DNA from: Podarcis cretensis
Lineage: Eukaryota
Assembly: GCA_951804945.1 (NCBI GenBank)
Contig: OX638149.1
Location: 113,584,001-113,648,000, forward strand
Length of the DNA stretch: 64,000 nucleotides
Direction: 5' to 3'
This document shows, in pieces, positions 12,786-24,867 of this stretch. The notes under the pieces were generated by a model. It worked only from the letters and a program-made list of their open reading frames with translations. It ran no database searches and had not been told where the DNA came from. The position numbers were made by a program, and so were the translations under genes. Positions within the stretch are counted from its first letter, which is position 1; each line of letters starts with the position of its first letter.

Positions 12786-13034
12786 CTGCGCGGGGATGCT
12801 TGCAGGGAGCCCTCGCAGCCACTCAGCTGGCCGGGCTTGGCGAGGAAGGCGCGCTTCTGCAAGCACCTCTCGGGCTGCCCTCCCTCTGTCTGTCTGCCTC
12901 TCTCTCTCTCTCTCTCTCTCCCCGCCCGCCCTGTCTTTCCCGATCCCGCTAGTTGCAGAAGAAAGGCGCGCTCGTCAGCTGAGGCATCGCTTGGCCTCGA
13001 CGCTCCCACCCTCTCCAGACATTGCATAAAGCTC

Positions 13035-13040
13035 TTTATA
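13035..13040 (-). promoter_or_regulatory. TATA box (TATAAA) of the minus-strand gene; TSS expected near 13005-13010
   Basis: GGGTATAAAGAG on the minus strand in GC-rich context about 250 nt upstream of the ATG; adjacent TTATGCAAT (C/EBP or PAR-bZIP-like). Confidence 0.7.
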
Positions 13041-14264
13041 CCCGCCGGCCCCGGAACTAGCATGAGGCATTTGCTCCAGGCCCGGGAAGCCCGGGCAGCG
13101 CTTGCCCCTCCCTTCAGTTGCACTTTGCAACCGGGGCGTGCGGAGATGCAACTTTGCAAGCGAGGGTCCCTGGCCTTTGCAGCAGGAGCGGTCTGGGGCA
13201 AGGATCACGACCCAGCAATATTGAGCAAGTTTCAAGTGGGACTTTTTCGCGAGGAGCTGCTCCCCTCAAAGAAAGCTTGTCAAGGGTGGGGGTGAAGGCA
13301 AGATTTGGGGGGGTCGTTTAAAATGGGAGAGTTTTCATTTCATTCCAGTCATCATCATAATTCCTTATACAACAGCTGCAATATTCTATTCGTGTTGACA
13401 CATTAAATGATTTATAAAACTACAGGTGACTATACCAGTAAGGTTTTGGAGCACAGAAATAAAGAAAACCATCAATTCTCACATAATTCCAAATTATAGA
13501 ATTGGGTATTTGAATGATTGATTGTATTATAATTTGGTATTGTTATAATGAGGCTATTATTGGATTATAATTGAAAATTAATTTTAAAAATTATAAAAAG
13601 AAATTGGAGAGATTTCTTTTAAAAGTATGAAATGCTTTATAAATGGTTCCCAAGTGGCAGCTAAGCAGCTAGCCGGCCATAGAGGGGTGCTTAAAACATG
13701 TGTGCTACAGCCCCAACACGAATGCCCCATACAAAGTACTGTTATGTTAATGTTATTGTTTCAGTGGACCTTCATCTATGGGTTCAGTGACATGTTTTCC
13801 CAACGTACATTGTCTTCACATGACTATATTTGCTTCGGTTATGCCCACCTGCACATTTTCAAACCAGCTGTATTATTCCCAAATCTGTCCTGGAGTGACC
13901 TGTGTCATTTCTCTCTCTCCCCCCCCCTCCCCAGTCCCCATTTTCCACCTCTCTCCCCCTGCACACACACACACACACACACACACCCCAACATGATGAA
14001 TAGGGAATAACTAAATAGCCCTAGAGCTATGGAAGAAAGGGTAGCTGAAGCAAAGAAGTTTTGAGAAACCTAAAATGCATGTGCATCCTTTCACAGTCAA
14101 GTACGGAGAATGCTGGTTCTTGTGAATTCAGAAAGTACATCTTCATTAACAGATAGGATTACGTACTCCGATGTTATTCTTGATTTAAGGAAAGAGCTCT
14201 CCAGGACTGTAGTAGTTATAAGTTATTGTTGTGAAAGATTGTTGCAACAATTGGTGTCACTGAC

Positions 14265-14377
14265 CATGGGCGTAGCCAGGATTTTTGTTAGGGGGAGCAG
14301 GCTTTTGGGGGGGGGCAGAACCTCAGATTTCTATTGATGGGGGCAGCTGTCCCCCCCCCCCCTTGGCTGTGCTCATG
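14265..14377. mobile_element. Short hAT-type MITE
   Basis: Termini CATGGGCGTAGCCAGG / CTTGGCTGTGCTCATG; perfect 8-bp TSD TCACTGAC. Confidence 0.85.
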
Positions 14378-14445
14378 TCACTGACAGTTTTTCATTAGTG
14401 ATCCTCAGGTGTTTGCAAAAATTTCAGGGATTACTGTGGAGGGTG

Positions 14446-14520
14446 GGGATGCAGCTTAGTGGTAGAACAGTGCTTTGTTTGCAGACGGTTCAAGGTTCAA
14501 TCCCTGGCACTTCCAGAGAG
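14446..14520 (+). mobile_element. tRNA-derived SINE head (truncated)
   Basis: GGGGATGCAGCTTAGTGGTAGA...GGTTCAATCCCTGGCA with A and B boxes; related to 37030-37220. Confidence 0.65.
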
Positions 14521-15377
14521 ACCTCTGTGAGACACTTTGAGGCTTAGCTGATATACATCAACCCAGAGGGTAGGATTCTAAACTCTCAGTTGTGGATTGT
14601 GGCCCATACTTAATATATAGCACATCAAAAGTATGAATGCACCCTGGTAACTACTACTAAATCAGATTAGTTTACTATGAAAATAAAACAAATGTATGTA
14701 GTTACTACAGTTATTAAAAATGAATCTCTGTTTCAGTGGATATTTGGTTGTGTCCCCATCTGTCTGTCCGTCCGTCCCCCGTCCCCGTCCCCCCGCAGCC
14801 ATCAGTTGTTAAAATCTTAATGATTTATGCAGATCTTCAGAACATAATGGAAGTGGTCTTACTGAACTCTTATTGCTGACTGTTTTTTTCTATTGTAATG
14901 TGTTGTCGTGATTTTAGAATTGTAATGTCAATGGTGCTTGTGTGTTGTAATTTATGGAGCTTGTTAGCCACCCTGGGCTCTCTTGTGAGGAAGGGTGGGA
15001 TACAACACAGTCTGCATCACCCACAGAGTATCAAACACAATGGGAAACATTTTTTCCGAGTCTCAGGTGTTTCCTGTTAATACAAGGTGTGGGGCGGCTG
15101 TCAAAACTAGAAACTAATTTCCAGCCCAGAAACCCTTTCCTCTGGAGTTTGTTACTCATTAAATTACTCCAAGATCACACCCAAATTAAGTAGATCGTAG
15201 ACTGCAGCTAGCATGAGCAAGTGGATGAGATCTATATTATGGCTGTCAACCTAGTTCATGCCTGCAGGCACCTTGAGTTCTTCTCTGTATGATTACTACA
15301 CGCTTGTTGATTGGCAGCTGTATCCTATGTGCAGCATTATGAAAGTTCTGTACAACTCTGCTGTGTTTTTTCCGTCC

Positions 15378-15531
15378 TCCCTGCCCCATCTCTTCCTATC
15401 CCACTAGTTGCAGAAGAAAGGCATGCTCATCAGCTAAGGCTTCAAGTTTTTTATATATTCCCACCCTCCAGACATTGCATAAAGCTCTTTATACCTGCTG
15501 GCCCCAGGCACAAGCATGACACATGTTGCTC
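15378..15531 (-). repeat. CpG-decayed local duplicate of the core promoter/5'UTR at 12921-13077
   Basis: Collinear match including identical CTCCAGACATTGCATAAAGCTCTTTATACC and CTAGTTGCAGAAGAAAGGC; the CpGs are converted to TG/CA. Confidence 0.9.
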
Positions 15532-17539
15532 TTCTTTGGTGACCCATCATACATGCAATGTCACAGCCATCCGGTTACATCTAACCTTAGCTGAATTTAG
15601 TTCTTAAACATTCTCCCGTGGTTAAGATCACAGAAGGGAAGGGCGTCTGTTGCCAAGACCTGTTTTTTGTTGTCTGATGTAGAGAGGTATATATCCTTTA
15701 GAACATCCAAATTTCTTACCAAGGCTTTAAAAATTCATGTAATAAAACTGAAAGGGGATATGGGAAATGATTTATTCTGTAAAGGCTGGGGAGTAGAAAT
15801 GCAAACCACTATTATTAGCAGTATTCTTGTTATTCTTATTTTTATGTGCGTAATGGCTGCTCACTAAACACAATAAATCAAACTGAACTGAATTTAGTTC
15901 CGGTTGAAATCAGTAGGACTTGACCTAGTTGTTACTAACTTCATTCAGCTAACCTAGTCTGGTTCCAGCCTATCAAGTGATTAACACGCATGTGTGAACC
16001 TGCCCATATTCAGCGAAGCACAAGACAGTTACCGTAATTATTTCTCTTCCTTTTTTACACGCACATCTAAATACAGAAGCCTTGGATGGTAAATATTATT
16101 TAAATATTCTAAATTCTTCTGGTTAAATGTATATACAACTTAGGAATTTTTGTTTTGTGTTTTGGTTAACTGAGCTCGACACTCCAAACCTGCAGTTCAG
16201 TGCACAGGAATAAGGTCTGTTCTATGAAGGAAACAGTTGCAGATAACTGTAATTTGATGTCACCATGTGGAAGACAGACCTCCTGGCCCAGGAAAATAAA
16301 GGGCAGACGTGTTACAGAACGTCACAGTTTGGGTATGCATTAAATTTTGGCAAAAAGTGGTATATTTATTAATCAAGCAACAGAAATGCAGCCTTTACAG
16401 TGACACAACTTGCTGAAACCTTAAAAATTGCTGAGGTGTGTGCATTTTTAACCTAGAAGCTGAGAACTCTGACCGAAATAGGATGCCTCTGCTAATACGT
16501 GCTCCAAAGAGTAATACTTGGTTATATTACTTTTTATGATTCCTTATGCTCTCAGGCCATATCCAGGGCTGTTAACTTGTGGGGGGGGGGGGGGGCTTTC
16601 ACACGATCAAACTTCCCTGCTGGATGTTCCAAACGCAAGGAAGAGCCCATGCGAAATTATACCCTTTCAAATGTCAGACAGCTGGGAACTGTTAGTTATT
16701 TACTGGAGAGCCCTTGTCTCTCAAAATCCCAGGCTCCCTCTTCTTTCTGCCTTGATCGCACCCTCAAGGACTCTCTAATAACCTCTCAGGCGTTTCCATT
16801 AGAGCAGGGCTAAGGGAAAGCAGAAGGGAAAAGAGCAAGAGTGTGCAAGGTTTCGGCAGGGGTTGTGATTTATGCAGGTTCAGGGCTGCTTGGGTAGTGG
16901 TACGACACAGCACCGGGGTCAAGCCACAAGAAACACTGGGGGCAGATCAGAATATTCAATGAGCTTCCTGGCACCTCTGAATCACAAAGAAGGGATCAGA
17001 TCTTTCCATCACAAGATCTAGAGCTGCTGAGAGGGGAAGGGGAGGAGGAGGGAGGGAGGGGCTCTCCAAATCTCTCTCTGCCTGTCCGCCTGTCTCCATT
17101 CTCTACAGGCCAACAGCTCCTGAAACATTCCTTTCTGCCCCGAAGGGCTTTATTCCCCCTGCTATTGTTGTTTGCTTTGTCTTGCAGGGTTGCCACTGGA
17201 ATTCTTGTCATGGTTTCACAGCAAGGCACAGGCGGCTGGAGGGGTAAGCTGGCCAGACCAAAGCAGCTGCAATGCGAGTCTTAACAACAACAACAAAAAT
17301 CCTAAATCAGGGGTGGGGAGAGGCAGGAATCCATTGACAGCAGCCGATCTTGCCCACCCCCACAGAAAAAAAAGTTGCAATGGTCACAGGTTGGCTACGT
17401 GGAAGCTGGCAGGTGAGCATGGCCAGAGAAGTCCCGAGTTGCCCACTTTGCACGAGCACGTGGGTTTTAAGGAAGGGGTTATTATTATTTTTACATGACT
17501 CGGGAAATTGAAGATCTGAAGTCTTGAAAGACTCGCTGT

Positions 17540-17820
17540 TAAGAATCATAGAATTGTATGGCAGTATGGTCTCATAAAATCGAAGAGCTGTAGAGTTGGA
17601 TGTGTTATCTAGTCCAACCCTCTGCATTGCAGGAATCCCAACTAAATTATCTGTGACAGGTGCCATTCAACCTCTGCTTAAAGATCTCCAAGAAAGGAGA
17701 GTCCACAACCTTCTGAGGGAGACCGTTCCGGTCTCAAACAGACCGGAAAGTTTTTGCTCTCAGAAAGTTTTTCCTAGTGTTTGGTCAGAATATCCTTTCT
17801 TGTAACTTAAAGCCATTGAA
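17540..17820 (-). mobile_element. CR1 LINE 3' fragment
   Basis: CTAGTCCAACCCTCTGCATTGCAGGAATC tail and CR1 ORF2 end; same family as 32845-33215 and 29465-29580. Confidence 0.75.
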
Positions 17821-17871
17821 GTCTCTGCAGGAGCTGGTGATCTTACCTGGGAAATGGGGAAGGCTGTCTTT

Positions 17872-17992
17872 AGGTGACCCGGAAAAACTGTCTGTGGACA
17901 AACGCCAGGTCCCTCGGCCTGTAAAGCAAGATGAGCGCTGCAACCGTTTGCGACTGGACTTAACTGTCAGGGGTCCTTTAACTTTACCTTTA
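17872..17992 (+). mobile_element. Sauria SINE 3' fragment
   Basis: GATGAGCGCTGCAACC...CAGGGGTCCTTTAACTTTACCTTT tail. Confidence 0.8.
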
Positions 17993-18629
17993 TAGGACAA
18001 GAGAGGTGCCCAGGATTCCAAACACGGTAGTGAGAGCCATCTTTTCCATTGAGGAACATGCTGTGTGTTTAGGAATGTGATGCCTGCTTGCTAGCTTTTC
18101 TGCAACATCTGAAGGCCACGTTGAAAAAGGAAAAAGATTTCTCCCTCTTCTCCTTTGCAGGCTGTTGAAAGGAAATGGAATGTTCCCTGGCCCTGTGCTG
18201 TGTGGCTTCCTCTGAGCATATGTCACTCAAAGGCAAATTAAAAGGCAGTGTAAATATTGTTTGGCGGAGATCAAATAAGCATACAAGTGTAATGCCATTT
18301 TTTCGCATTAGAAAGATGCAGAAAATGTGTTCGAGTTTTATTTCAGCATGTGAACACATCTATCAGGGTCCATTCCAGTTCTACAGTTCTATGACTGTAT
18401 GAAAATAGCTTGTTAGTACAGTCAAGAGTCAGAGGATGGTTTTCTAGGAATGATTTTATCCAGATACCAATAGCTCCTGTCTTCTGGAATAAACCTGTCT
18501 TGGAAGGGAACAGGGATGGAACTGTGATTCAGGGTACCTCTTTGAGAGAACAAGCAACATTATATTGTAATTTTATGTTATGAACTGCTCTGAGATCTAT
18601 GGGAATAGGGCAGTGTACAATTTGATAAA

Positions 18630-18630
18630 A

Positions 18631-18691
<61 letters not shown>
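18630..18691. repeat. (TA)n(CA)n compound microsatellite
   Basis: Directly visible. Confidence 0.95.
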
Positions 18692-18692
<1 letters not shown>

Positions 18693-19528
18693 GTACATTA
18701 AAACACACTATAATCCATTTAATGAAGACACCAGTTACAAAATTATTGGATACATGGCTACGGTACTTACAATTTCTTACTTCTTTTTTTTTAAAAAAGA
18801 AGTAACATTCAACATTAAGTTAACATCAATCTGGGTCTTAAGGCATAATTTTTTTAAAAAAACCTCAAATTATTTTAATAGCATCTTCACCTTTAAGACG
18901 ATGGTGAACATGAATTGGTCCGATAAATGTATTGCCCCAATTGTTCTGTGGGGTCAGTACCTTTGCCAAAAATCTGACCTCAGTGAAGTGTATCGGGAAG
19001 GGAAATGATACTTCTGATAATCTGAGAAGATATGAAATGATTTGGACTGTTTCCCCAGTTTGGGAAATGTTTGTTTTTGCACTTCGTTAGTTATCAGAAA
19101 AGCTGATAGTGCCTTCCTGTTCGGAGTAGTTGCGCAATCTTCTGGTAAATCAAACACTTGACCTGGCCACTAAAGTTAAAAATTTGAATTCGGATCAGAG
19201 TTCACTTTGTGTGTCAAAACGAATCAAGCTTTTGAGATAGAGGCGTCTTGAAATTCAGAGAGGATAAATGATTAAAGAGGGACAGAAAATTATGGCAAAA
19301 GCCAAACTCCAGTTTCCTAAATAGGTAAAGTGTACAAATGAAAATGGGGAAATAATTGTTACTTGCTGCAATAAGCTACATCCACAGTCAAGTCTTGGGA
19401 AAACATCAAAGCTTTTATGAAAAGGAAACATTTTTTTGCACCTTACCTGACCGCTAACATAAACCTTCACTTAGTGGTACAACACCAGCTTTGGACACAA
19501 AAGATCCCAGGTTAAATCCCCAGCATTA

Positions 19529-20002
19529 CTGTATTTTTTGCTCTATAGGATGCATCCAACCATGGGACACACCTTGTTTTAGAGGGGGAGAACAAGGGCG
19601 GGAAATCTCCCCCTCTTTGTGCAGCGCCCCTTCAGTGAAGCAGTAGGAGAAACAGAGCCCCTTCCATTTCTCCTCCTGCTTAGCTGAAGGGGCACTGCGC
19701 CTTAGCTGAAGGGGCACCTACCCTTCAGCGAAAGGAACCTGAAGCCTCCAGAGTGCACCTGGAGGCTTCAGGTGGCTATCTTTGAAGCCTGAAGAGCAAG
19801 AGGGGTTGGTGCGCACTGACCCTTCTCACTCTCCAGACTTCAGGGAAGCAACGTGAAGCCTGCGGAGCTCCCTCTGCACTTCGGAGGCTTCGCGTTGCTA
19901 TTGCTGAAGCGAAGGAACCTGCATTCGCTCCATAGGACGCACACACATTTCCCCTTAATTTTTGGAGGGGAAAAAGTGCATCCTATAGAGCGAAAAATAC
20001 AA
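19529..20002. mobile_element. Non-autonomous Tc1/mariner (Tc2/pogo-like) element
   Basis: TIR CTGTATTTTTTGCTCTATAGGATGCA...TGCATCCTATAGAGCGAAAAATAC; TA flanks. Confidence 0.85.
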
Positions 20003-20147
20003 TAGATAGAATTGTAGAGTTGGAAGGGACCTCGAGGATCATCTAGTCCAACCCTCTGCAACGTAGGAATATGCAGCAGTTCCATATGGGGATCGAACCT
20101 GCAACCTTGGCATTACCAGCACCACGCTCTAGCCTACTGAGCTGCCC
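20003..20147 (-). mobile_element. Short SINE: tRNA-Ile-like head plus CR1 3' tail
   Basis: Minus strand reads GCTCAGTAGGCTAGAGCGTGGTGCTGGTAATGCCAAGGTTGCAGGTTCGATCCCC, then GGTTGGACTAGATGATCCTCGAGGTCCCTTCCAACTCTACAATTCTAT. Confidence 0.8.
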
Positions 20148-21557
20148 ACTAGCACCCTAGGTAAGGCTGTACAAATTAAAATACTGCTCTCTGAAATCCC
20201 AGGCAGTACAGATAGTTCTGAACTAGACAGAACAGCAGTCTGACTCAGTATGAGGCAACTCTCTGTGTCCCTATGATTCGAAATACAGAAAGTTCAAAGA
20301 AAAAGTACAGGCAGCATCCTGAACCATTAACACAACTGATAGCCTGACACTGCAACAGAGCAGCTGAAGAGTTATTCATCCATTTTTTCTATAGCAAAGC
20401 ACCAGTGCCACACAACACTGCATATTTCTCCCCAAAAATTTTCTTTGGGAATGCACAATGGTCCTTGCCATTATGAGAACAAGCAGCAGCAAGCCTTGGG
20501 CTTTCCTTTACGCCCTAGGAAAGATTTGGTGCTTCTGTTTGTCTCAAACCACATTTTCTCTCTCATTCAAACATGGCAAACATTGGTTTGGGGAAACTAC
20601 AAGCCTCCCTTCAGAGGTTAATGTGTCAGACTAGGACTTTGAGTTCCTTGGAGGGGAAAAGTGGGATATAGATGCAATAAATCAATAAATGATATAATGT
20701 GGGAGTGGGGCTGTGCCAGTTAGATTCACTAACATTACACCCTCCAGCTCCCCCCTTGGCACCTGCATCTATAGTACAAGAATTTGCCCCAGGGAAGTCC
20801 TTGCACTATTCCCTGGGTAGTAGGGCAAAGTGAAGCATGCAACACTGGGGACAAGGTAATTGGTGTGGCCCATATCCTGCACCGTATCAATGTGTGAGCA
20901 ATATTTCGGAAGAGGGCTATTGTTTATCCAAAAGCCAGGACCCCAAACCTGGAGCAGACTGTCTTTTGAGACCCTGATTTGACCAGACACTCTCAGGTAA
21001 AAATGCACAATATGATTTGCTGCCAATTAGCATCAGTGTCCAGGCTTTATTTCTCTCCATTGCAAACTCACAGAATGGCCACCCAAACAATGTTTTGTTT
21101 TGCTTACGTTACTTTATAATGATGATGTAATGATGCTAACATATCGGGGAATTTTCTGATTAATATCATTCACTCCCATTTCAGGATTACTGAGTGTAGC
21201 AAAGCCTTGTGCGGCAGTCCATTTGGGCACTGAGGCATGGCTATTATTATTTTCCTATTAATTCCTTCTATAATGTATTTTCTAAGTAATTTATTTTATG
21301 TGTGGAATAATAGCAGCAGATAAAACATATGTGAACCCAATACCATTTCATCTGGTGTTAGGAAGCAGTACATTTTTGTATCAGTTGCAAACTACTGGGG
21401 GGTCCCTCCAGATTGTCCCCCCCCCCATATGTTCTGCAACATGTCATTGACAATGTTGCAGAATGCATTTGTGGTTGGATTTCTGAACAGTCCCACACAA
21501 CACTCTGCCTTAAAGTGACCTTTCCGACGCTTACAATTTATAGTGGTATAGTTGCAT

Positions 21558-21559
21558 TA

Positions 21560-21601
<42 letters not shown>
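21558..21601. repeat. (TAT)n microsatellite
   Basis: Directly visible; similar runs at about 23708-23752 and 33825-33876. Confidence 0.95.
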
Positions 21602-22423
21602 CCTTCATCATGATTATTCAGTTAGTATTCTGAAATCATGTACTTAAAAAAAGAGGAAAAGAAAACCTTTTTATTATAGTAGAAAAATGGTGACTCTTGT
21701 GAAAGATCTGGAAAGGACCCTCGATATTCTTTCTGTGTGGAGCAGTTGGTGTTTGGGTGTGATTTGAGAGACATCTGTTTTGCTCCTGACAGGTGTGAGC
21801 TGTCAGTTTGCGAGCTCACTTCACAGGAGAGAGATGGCAGACAGAGACACAGGTACCGAGTCAAAGTCCTGGCCATGACAGCAGTCATTAGCTGCCGACA
21901 AACTTTCATCACAATAACCAGGTTTGCCAGAGCTCAGACAGGCACACAGTTCCCCTTCTAATCTCCTGTACTCCCATAGAGTTAGAATTCCGGAACACTA
22001 GGCAGAAAATAGATAAAGAAAGCAAGCCGCTAAGGGGCTATTCCCTTATGTACTTATGCTCATAACGCCGACATTCACTTGCTGGAGGAACATAAATCCA
22101 TTGGTGGGATGGGGGAACCAGCACTCTGAGTTGCCCTGTGCTTCTGAGAAGCACAGTGTGACAGGCTTCCCTCTCAAGCCTGGGGCTGCAGAGGGAGTAG
22201 GGGATCTCCCCAGCGCTTGTTCTGTGCTTGGGGAATCCCTGGAGATCCTAGGGTACAATACCAGAGACGGATGATTCTTGCCTCCCACTGCAGCGCCAAG
22301 AAGGAGATGTACAGTTGAAACAGGGGATCCTCTAACCAGGTTCTGAGATTTGGAGATGAGACTTGCCCAGGGGAATCAGTAGGCGAGGGGCAAAGGGAAG
22401 CATCCCTTGTTATTGATCGTTTC

Positions 22424-22946
22424 TGTGACGTTAACATATGAGAGTGCTGGAGGTGAAATAGTTAAACAGGTTACCCAATCAGAACCCAGGGGGGTGGAGT
22501 CAGAGGGACTATAAAACCAGCTCTAGGAGGGGCGAAGGGAGAGTTTGTTGGGAGTTGGGTGGTTGGTTGCTTGGTTGGAGTGGGAGTGGGAGTGAATTGG
22601 GTAGGTCTGTGGGTAGGTTGAGTTAGTGTAGCGAAATAAGCTGAGTCAGGAACAGTTAGGTGCTAGGAAGACAAGTAAATATCTGAGAGGTGGTTTAGTG
22701 AGTGAGAGCAGGTAGCGGAAGTTATAGGTCTGAATAGGCACTACATGACTGTAATTGACTGATACCGTTTATGAAACCACACGCTTGTTAAACTGCAATA
22801 AATAAACAGAAGTTTATCTTCCAATTTAACCCTGGCTGGACTCAGTAATTTACCAGGTAGGGCCTGGGTGGTGGCAGCGAGAAATAAAGTGGTGGCACAG
22901 GGATCAATAGACTAGAAATGTCCAGGGACCCTGTGTGATCGCCACA
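22424..22946 (+). mobile_element. Solo LTR (LTR retrotransposon/ERV)
   Basis: TGTGACG...CGCCACA termini; 5-bp TSD GTTTC; CCAAT at 22475, TATAAAA at 22510, AATAAA at 22797. Confidence 0.8.
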
Positions 22947-23707
22947 GTTTCCTACTTCAGCCCTACAAGGCCAGCACAGTGTTGGAAGCCCTCTGTTCAT
23001 CTTGTAATGTGTTCTGTTGGGCACCGTAGCTCAGCATCGTGCCCTGTGAGTGACAGAAGCCTTCCAGGGTGTCTCCAGTTGAGGGCTTTCTAAGTACCTG
23101 CCACCTGACCCTTTATAACAGGAGGTGCCGGGAACTGAAGCCAAACGCTTCACGCAAACCATGTGCTCCACCCCATCCTCTTCTTGAAACTCCACTTGCA
23201 ACTCCACTTGGAAAGATGCTTTTAAGATGAGGAGCAAGAGCAGAGAAACGCAAACACACCCTCTCTAGAGCTGCTGGTGCAGAAGCTGGAACCGTGAAGT
23301 GCCCAGGCCGAAGCAAGTCGCAGGCGGCACACGCTCCACTCTGCCACATTCAGCATAACTTTAATCCTGAGCGGTTAACATTTCTTTGTAACCCTACCTC
23401 AAAGTATCAGGCAGTTTATAAGGGGCACCATTGAAAATAGCCCTGTTCCCCATAATCCTTTGTTAATGACTAGGTACAGTAGATCTGTTTTAATAGTCCA
23501 AAGTTCATGAAGCGGAGGCTTCAGATTTCACTATGATTTATGGTTATTTTATTCAGGAAATGGTAAAAAAAGTCAGCATGTGTAATCTTGATTCTCTGAA
23601 CTTGTCTGTCCTGTCAGTGATTATCTGTCCAGTTCATTTGGATATTCCAGCTATTGCAGCAGAGGTACTATTGTTGCAGGTGCTGTTCACATTATAAAAG
23701 CTATGAA

Positions 23708-23752
<45 letters not shown>

Positions 23753-24047
23753 TATTTCAGTTTATATACCACGCTTTATCAAAAGATCCCAGGGCAGTGT
23801 AATAAAAACTCATTACAGAACATCAATTTTGAAAACATAATAAAAAGCATACTGACGGACAGCCTAATAATAACATAGTCATCATTACATTCCTTTGACG
23901 GTAAGGTGGAAAAGGAGCTTCTTTGCCCCACTGCAGCTCTGAAGGTTTTCACAAATAAAAAAACAACAGTGCAACCCATAAATAATGGTGCAATCCCATA
24001 TATTTTCCACCTTTAATTAATCTTAGAGCAACCTCCACCACCTAAAG

Positions 24048-24184
24048 CAGGCTTCCTCAAACTCGGCCCTCCAGATATTTGTGGCCTACAAATCCCATGA
24101 TCCTTAGCTAGCAGGACCAGTGGTCAGGGATGATGGGAATTGTAGTCTCCAAAACATCTGGAGGGCCGAGTTTGAGGAAGCCTG
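24048..24184. mobile_element. hAT-type MITE
   Basis: Long TIR CAGGCTTCCTCAAACTCGGCCCTCCAGAT / ATCTGGAGGGCCGAGTTTGAGGAAGCCTG; TSD ACCTAAAG/ACCTAGTG. Confidence 0.9.
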
Positions 24185-24199
24185 ACCTAGTGTTTAGGG

Positions 24200-24530
24200 C
24201 AGGGGTCGGCAAAGTTTTTGTGGCTTGGGCCGGTCCACAGTCCTGCCGATGCCACAGTGCGTGCATGCGCAAACGCTATTTCCAGTGCTCCTTCTGGTGC
24301 AGAGGAGGCGTGCACAGCTTCCCATTGGCTGCAGGAGCTTCCTGCAGCCAATGGGAAGCCGGCTAGCATCACGGAAGGCGGTCCCTGCTCTACGCCTTTT
24401 TAGCGCGGCGTACAGGAGCTTACTGAGTGGGTGGCAGGGGGTCCTCAAGCGGGCAGCGGGGATCTGTGGGTCAGTTAAATGGCCCTCATGGGCTACTTGT
24501 GGCCCATGGGCCTTATGTTGCTGACCCCTG
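24200..24530. mobile_element. Non-autonomous hAT element
   Basis: TIR CAGGGGTCGGCAA...TTGCTGACCCCTG; TSD GTTTAGGG/ATTTAGAG. Confidence 0.8.
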
Positions 24531-24556
24531 ATTTAGAGGCATGGTAAATCTGAAGA

Positions 24557-24867
24557 AACCTATCCATTCTTAAGGAAATCAGCCCTGATTGCTCACTGGA
24601 AGGACAGATTGTGAAGCTGAGGCTCCAATACTCTGGCCACCTCATGAGAAGAGAAGACTCCCTGGAAAAGACCCTGATGCTGGGAAAGATGGAGGGCACA
24701 AGGAGAAGGGGACGACAGAGGACGAGATGGCTGGACAGTGTTCTCGAAGCTACAAACATGAGTCTGACCAAACTGCGGGAGGCAGTGGAAGATAGGAGTG
24801 CCTGGCGTGCTCTGGTCCATGGGGTCACGAAGAGTTGGACACGACTAAACGACTAAGCAGCAACAAC
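24557..24867 (+). mobile_element. Bov-B (RTE) LINE, 5'-truncated
   Basis: Encodes KLRLQYSGHLMRREDSLEKTLMLGKMEG...WRALVHGVTKSWTRLND; (CAA)n tail; TSD AAATCTGAAGA at 24546-24556 and 24868-24878. Confidence 0.95.

Larger units (their letters stand above)
12300..13300. promoter_or_regulatory. CpG island / promoter of the minus-strand gene
   Basis: Dense CpGs and GC boxes in an otherwise CpG-depleted window; spans the TATA box, exon 1 and its splice donor. Confidence 0.9.

Noticed and set aside
12088-13321. Long overlapping ORFs (up to 230 aa) on both strands
   Set aside because: These are by-products of the GC-rich CpG island and CT repeat; only the 94-nt exon has start, signal-peptide and donor support.
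21967-22423. Possible 5' extension of the solo LTR
   Set aside because: The TSD and inverted termini fit a start at 22424; the upstream segment could not be classified.
24557-24867. Bov-B as a novel horizontal transfer or host gene
   Set aside because: Bov-B in squamates is well established; both copies are ordinary 5'-truncated insertions.
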